The translations under genes and the position numbers were made by a program. The notes under the pieces are model-generated. The model was not told the origin of the DNA. It saw nothing but the letters and a program-made list of their open reading frames with translations, and searched no databases. This document shows, in pieces, positions 62,001 to 64,000 of a DNA stretch of 64,000 bases. The first letter of the stretch is position 1. Every line of letters begins with the position of its first letter. Origin of the DNA: Phyllobates terribilis (lineage: Eukaryota); NCBI RefSeq assembly GCF_046119375.1, contig NW_027362770.1, forward strand, positions 179,490,001 through 179,554,000, given 5' to 3'.

Positions 62001-62390
62001 AGCACATGGAAGGAGATTTTCTCAGAGTGCAGCATTCCCACCTGCAGGGTTAGGGGCTCAGTGATGAGCAGGATGGTCACCGGAAGGAGTCTTCCATCCA
62101 CGGAGGTGACGGACAATGGTTCAGGCAGAGGTTTGGTGGGAATACGGTATCTCTCTAACAGGGACTGGGAAATGAGATTTCCAGCAGCTCCAGAATCCAG
62201 ATGAGCAATTTCAAAGAGAGACGGTTCTCTCCCCAGGAGATAGAGACAGACAAAGTCAGGGATGGAGAGGGCTTACTTGTGTCTAGGATGACCTCTCCGA
62301 GCGGTCCTAGACACTGAAGTTTCCCAGCCTCTCCGGGCATGAATGGACCAGATGCTCTTTACTGCCACAATAAAAACAGCTCCTCTCGGC
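59099..62390 (-). pseudogene. pol (protease, RT, RNase H, integrase, chromodomain) with several frameshifts or stops
   Basis: DSGAAG protease motif (frameshifted); KLDLRGPY, YLDDILV, EVDASS, YTDHKNL, HIAMDFIT and SAYHPQSN motifs; chromodomain WKGFGPEERTWE. Confidence 0.9.
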
Positions 62391-63257
62391 TCAACGTGAC
62401 TCTTGGCGAAATTTGACCATCTTGGTCTGGTCGATCTGCATGGGTTCAGGCGAGTGCGCCAGGGGAGTGACTAGTTGAGAGGCAGGTCTCTGGAAAGTAG
62501 GAGCGAGGCGGGGAAACTTTCTCTCCCGAGTGGTCTCTTTGGTGCATTCTTGGAAACGGATGTCAATCCGGGTAGCGAGTGACACCAGGTCATCCAGGGT
62601 GGTAGGAATGTCCCGACCGGCTAGCTCATCCTTAATCCGACCGGAAAGACCCTCCCAGAATACGGACACCAGAGCCTCGTTATCCCAGGCAAGCTCAGAA
62701 GCAAGGGTACGGAACCGTATGGCATATTGGCCCACGGTGAGACTCCCTTGGCGGAGACGTAGCAGAGAGGAGGCTGAAGAGGATTTTCGTCCTGGCTCAT
62801 CGAAGACTTTCCAGAAAGCCACGAGGAAAGACGATAGATCGGACACCAGGGGATCCCCTCTCTCCCACAGGGGATTTAGCCATGCCAGTGCTTCCCCAGT
62901 GAGATAGGACATGATGAATGCCACTTTGGCCCAGTCGGAGATGAACTCATGTGCCAAGAGTTCAAAATGCAGGGTGCACTGGTTTATAAAACCCCGAGCT
63001 AGAGCAGGGTCGCCTCCAAAACGAGGAGGTGCAGAAAGCCGGGGACCAGGGTTGGATGCCGTGGTATTGGTGGGCAGCGGCGCTGCCGGAGCGGGTGTTA
63101 CTCGACTAGGGGCGGACACAGGTGGTACGGACAGCGTGTCCAGGCGAGTGTTGACAGACCGCAGGTAGGTCAGGATGGTTTCCTGTTGGGATCTCTGACG
63201 AGAAACCTCCTGGTACAGGTCAGCAAGCGAAGGAGCCTGGGGGCCACCGGGTTCCAT
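62391..63257 (-). CDS. Retrotransposon gag (Tf1/sushi type), 288 codons, ending in a stop codon
   Basis: PPRFGGDP..RGFINQC, LTGEALAW, LRQGSLTVGQYAIRFRTLA and EPMQID motifs; ATG lies 14 nt after the 5' LTR. Confidence 0.85.
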   Translation of the reverse strand: MEPGGPQAPSLADLYQEVSRQRSQQETILTYLRSVNTRLDTLSVPPVSAPSRVTPAPAAPLPTNTTASNPGPRLSAPPRFGGDPALARGFINQCTLHFELLAHEFISDWAKVAFIMSYLTGEALAWLNPLWERGDPLVSDLSSFLVAFWKVFDEPGRKSSSASSLLRLRQGSLTVGQYAIRFRTLASELAWDNEALVSVFWEGLSGRIKDELAGRDIPTTLDDLVSLATRIDIRFQECTKETTRERKFPRLAPTFQRPASQLVTPLAHSPEPMQIDQTKMVKFRQESR

Positions 63258-64000
63258 GGCCCGATCAAACTGTTACGGATCTGGGTGGTGGAACGTCTGT
63301 GCCGCGGTGCAAGGAGGGACCCAGAGGGGCGTAACTAAGTATCAACTCAGACCGACCCTGGTCGTATGGCGGGTAACGACTCCGTGGCCAGGGAAGGACC
63401 GAGCAGAGGGACCAGGTGCTACTCTGGGGACGACCTTGAAAGAGAGCAGGTGGCTCCCACGGGTCAGCAGACTGGGACTGACTGGTATAGCGGATGGACA
63501 CAACAGGCAGGCAGAAGTCTCTGGATAGTAGACAGGTGGTCACGGCACGTGACGGCAGAGCAGGTAGAAGTCTCTAGGTAACAGACAAGTGGTCACGGCA
63601 AGTGACAGCAGGAGCCTCCAGGTAGGCTACGGCAAGTGACGGCTAAGCAGACTGAAGTCTCAAGGTTAGCAGGCGGGTGGTCACGGCAAGTGACAGCAGG
63701 AGCCTCCAGGTAGCCTATCAGGTAACAGGCAGGTAACAGGCGAGTGCTCCCAGGTGAGCGGGCTAACAGACATGGCAGGTAGCAGGCAAGTAACAGGCTA
63801 GTGCTCCCAGGTGAATGGGCTAGCAAGCACGGCAGGTAGCAGGCAGGTAACAGGCAGGTGCTTCCTGGTAAGCAGGCAGACTTGGCCATAGACAGACTGG
63901 CGGGTAGAACGGAAGGCAGACTGTCGGGCTGGAGAGAAGTCAGACTGGCGGACTGGAACAGTAGTCAGGCTGGCAACTGGACCTGAGGGCTGAAGCAGAG

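Larger units (their letters stand above)
58325..64000 (-). mobile_element. Chromodomain-bearing Tf1/sushi-type Gypsy nested in the host Gypsy pol. 3' LTR 58325-59098; 5' LTR 63271 to beyond the window
   Basis: Matching LTRs; PPT AAGGGGGGATAC before TGTAGC; gag-pol-chromodomain order. Confidence 0.93.

Overview
Eukaryotic, TE-dense vertebrate DNA, most likely an anuran amphibian (inferred from the TRIM type and repeat families, not proven). There are two apparent host genes, both tandem single-coding-exon TRIMs of the RING/B-box1/B-box2/coiled-coil/PRY-SPRY type (7084-8715 and 17522-19483, + strand). They share a conserved upstream block that includes an IRF/ISRE-like motif. A third copy of their 3' flank lies at about 43765-44335 with no coding sequence. 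The rest is nested mobile DNA: a decayed hAT/BED transposase; CR1, L2 and L1 fragments, including one CR1 with a nearly intact ORF2; MITEs; solo LTRs with TSDs; and a chromodomain Tf1/sushi-type Gypsy nested in another Gypsy. A Ngaro-type tyrosine-recombinase retrotransposon is interrupted by a full-length Tc1 and a foldback-like insert. Highlights: (1) removing the two insertions reveals an 86-nt GT-AG intron whose splicing would fuse the Ngaro recombinase in frame to an SGNH hydrolase; (2) a 9.1-kb composite hAT element bounded by TIRs and a perfect 8-bp TSD carries an 18S rRNA-L1 chimera; (3) Penelope-type minimal hammerhead ribozymes; (4) an array of palindromic CCAAT units where the missing third TRIM CDS would be. 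Everything was read by eye; no database search was run.
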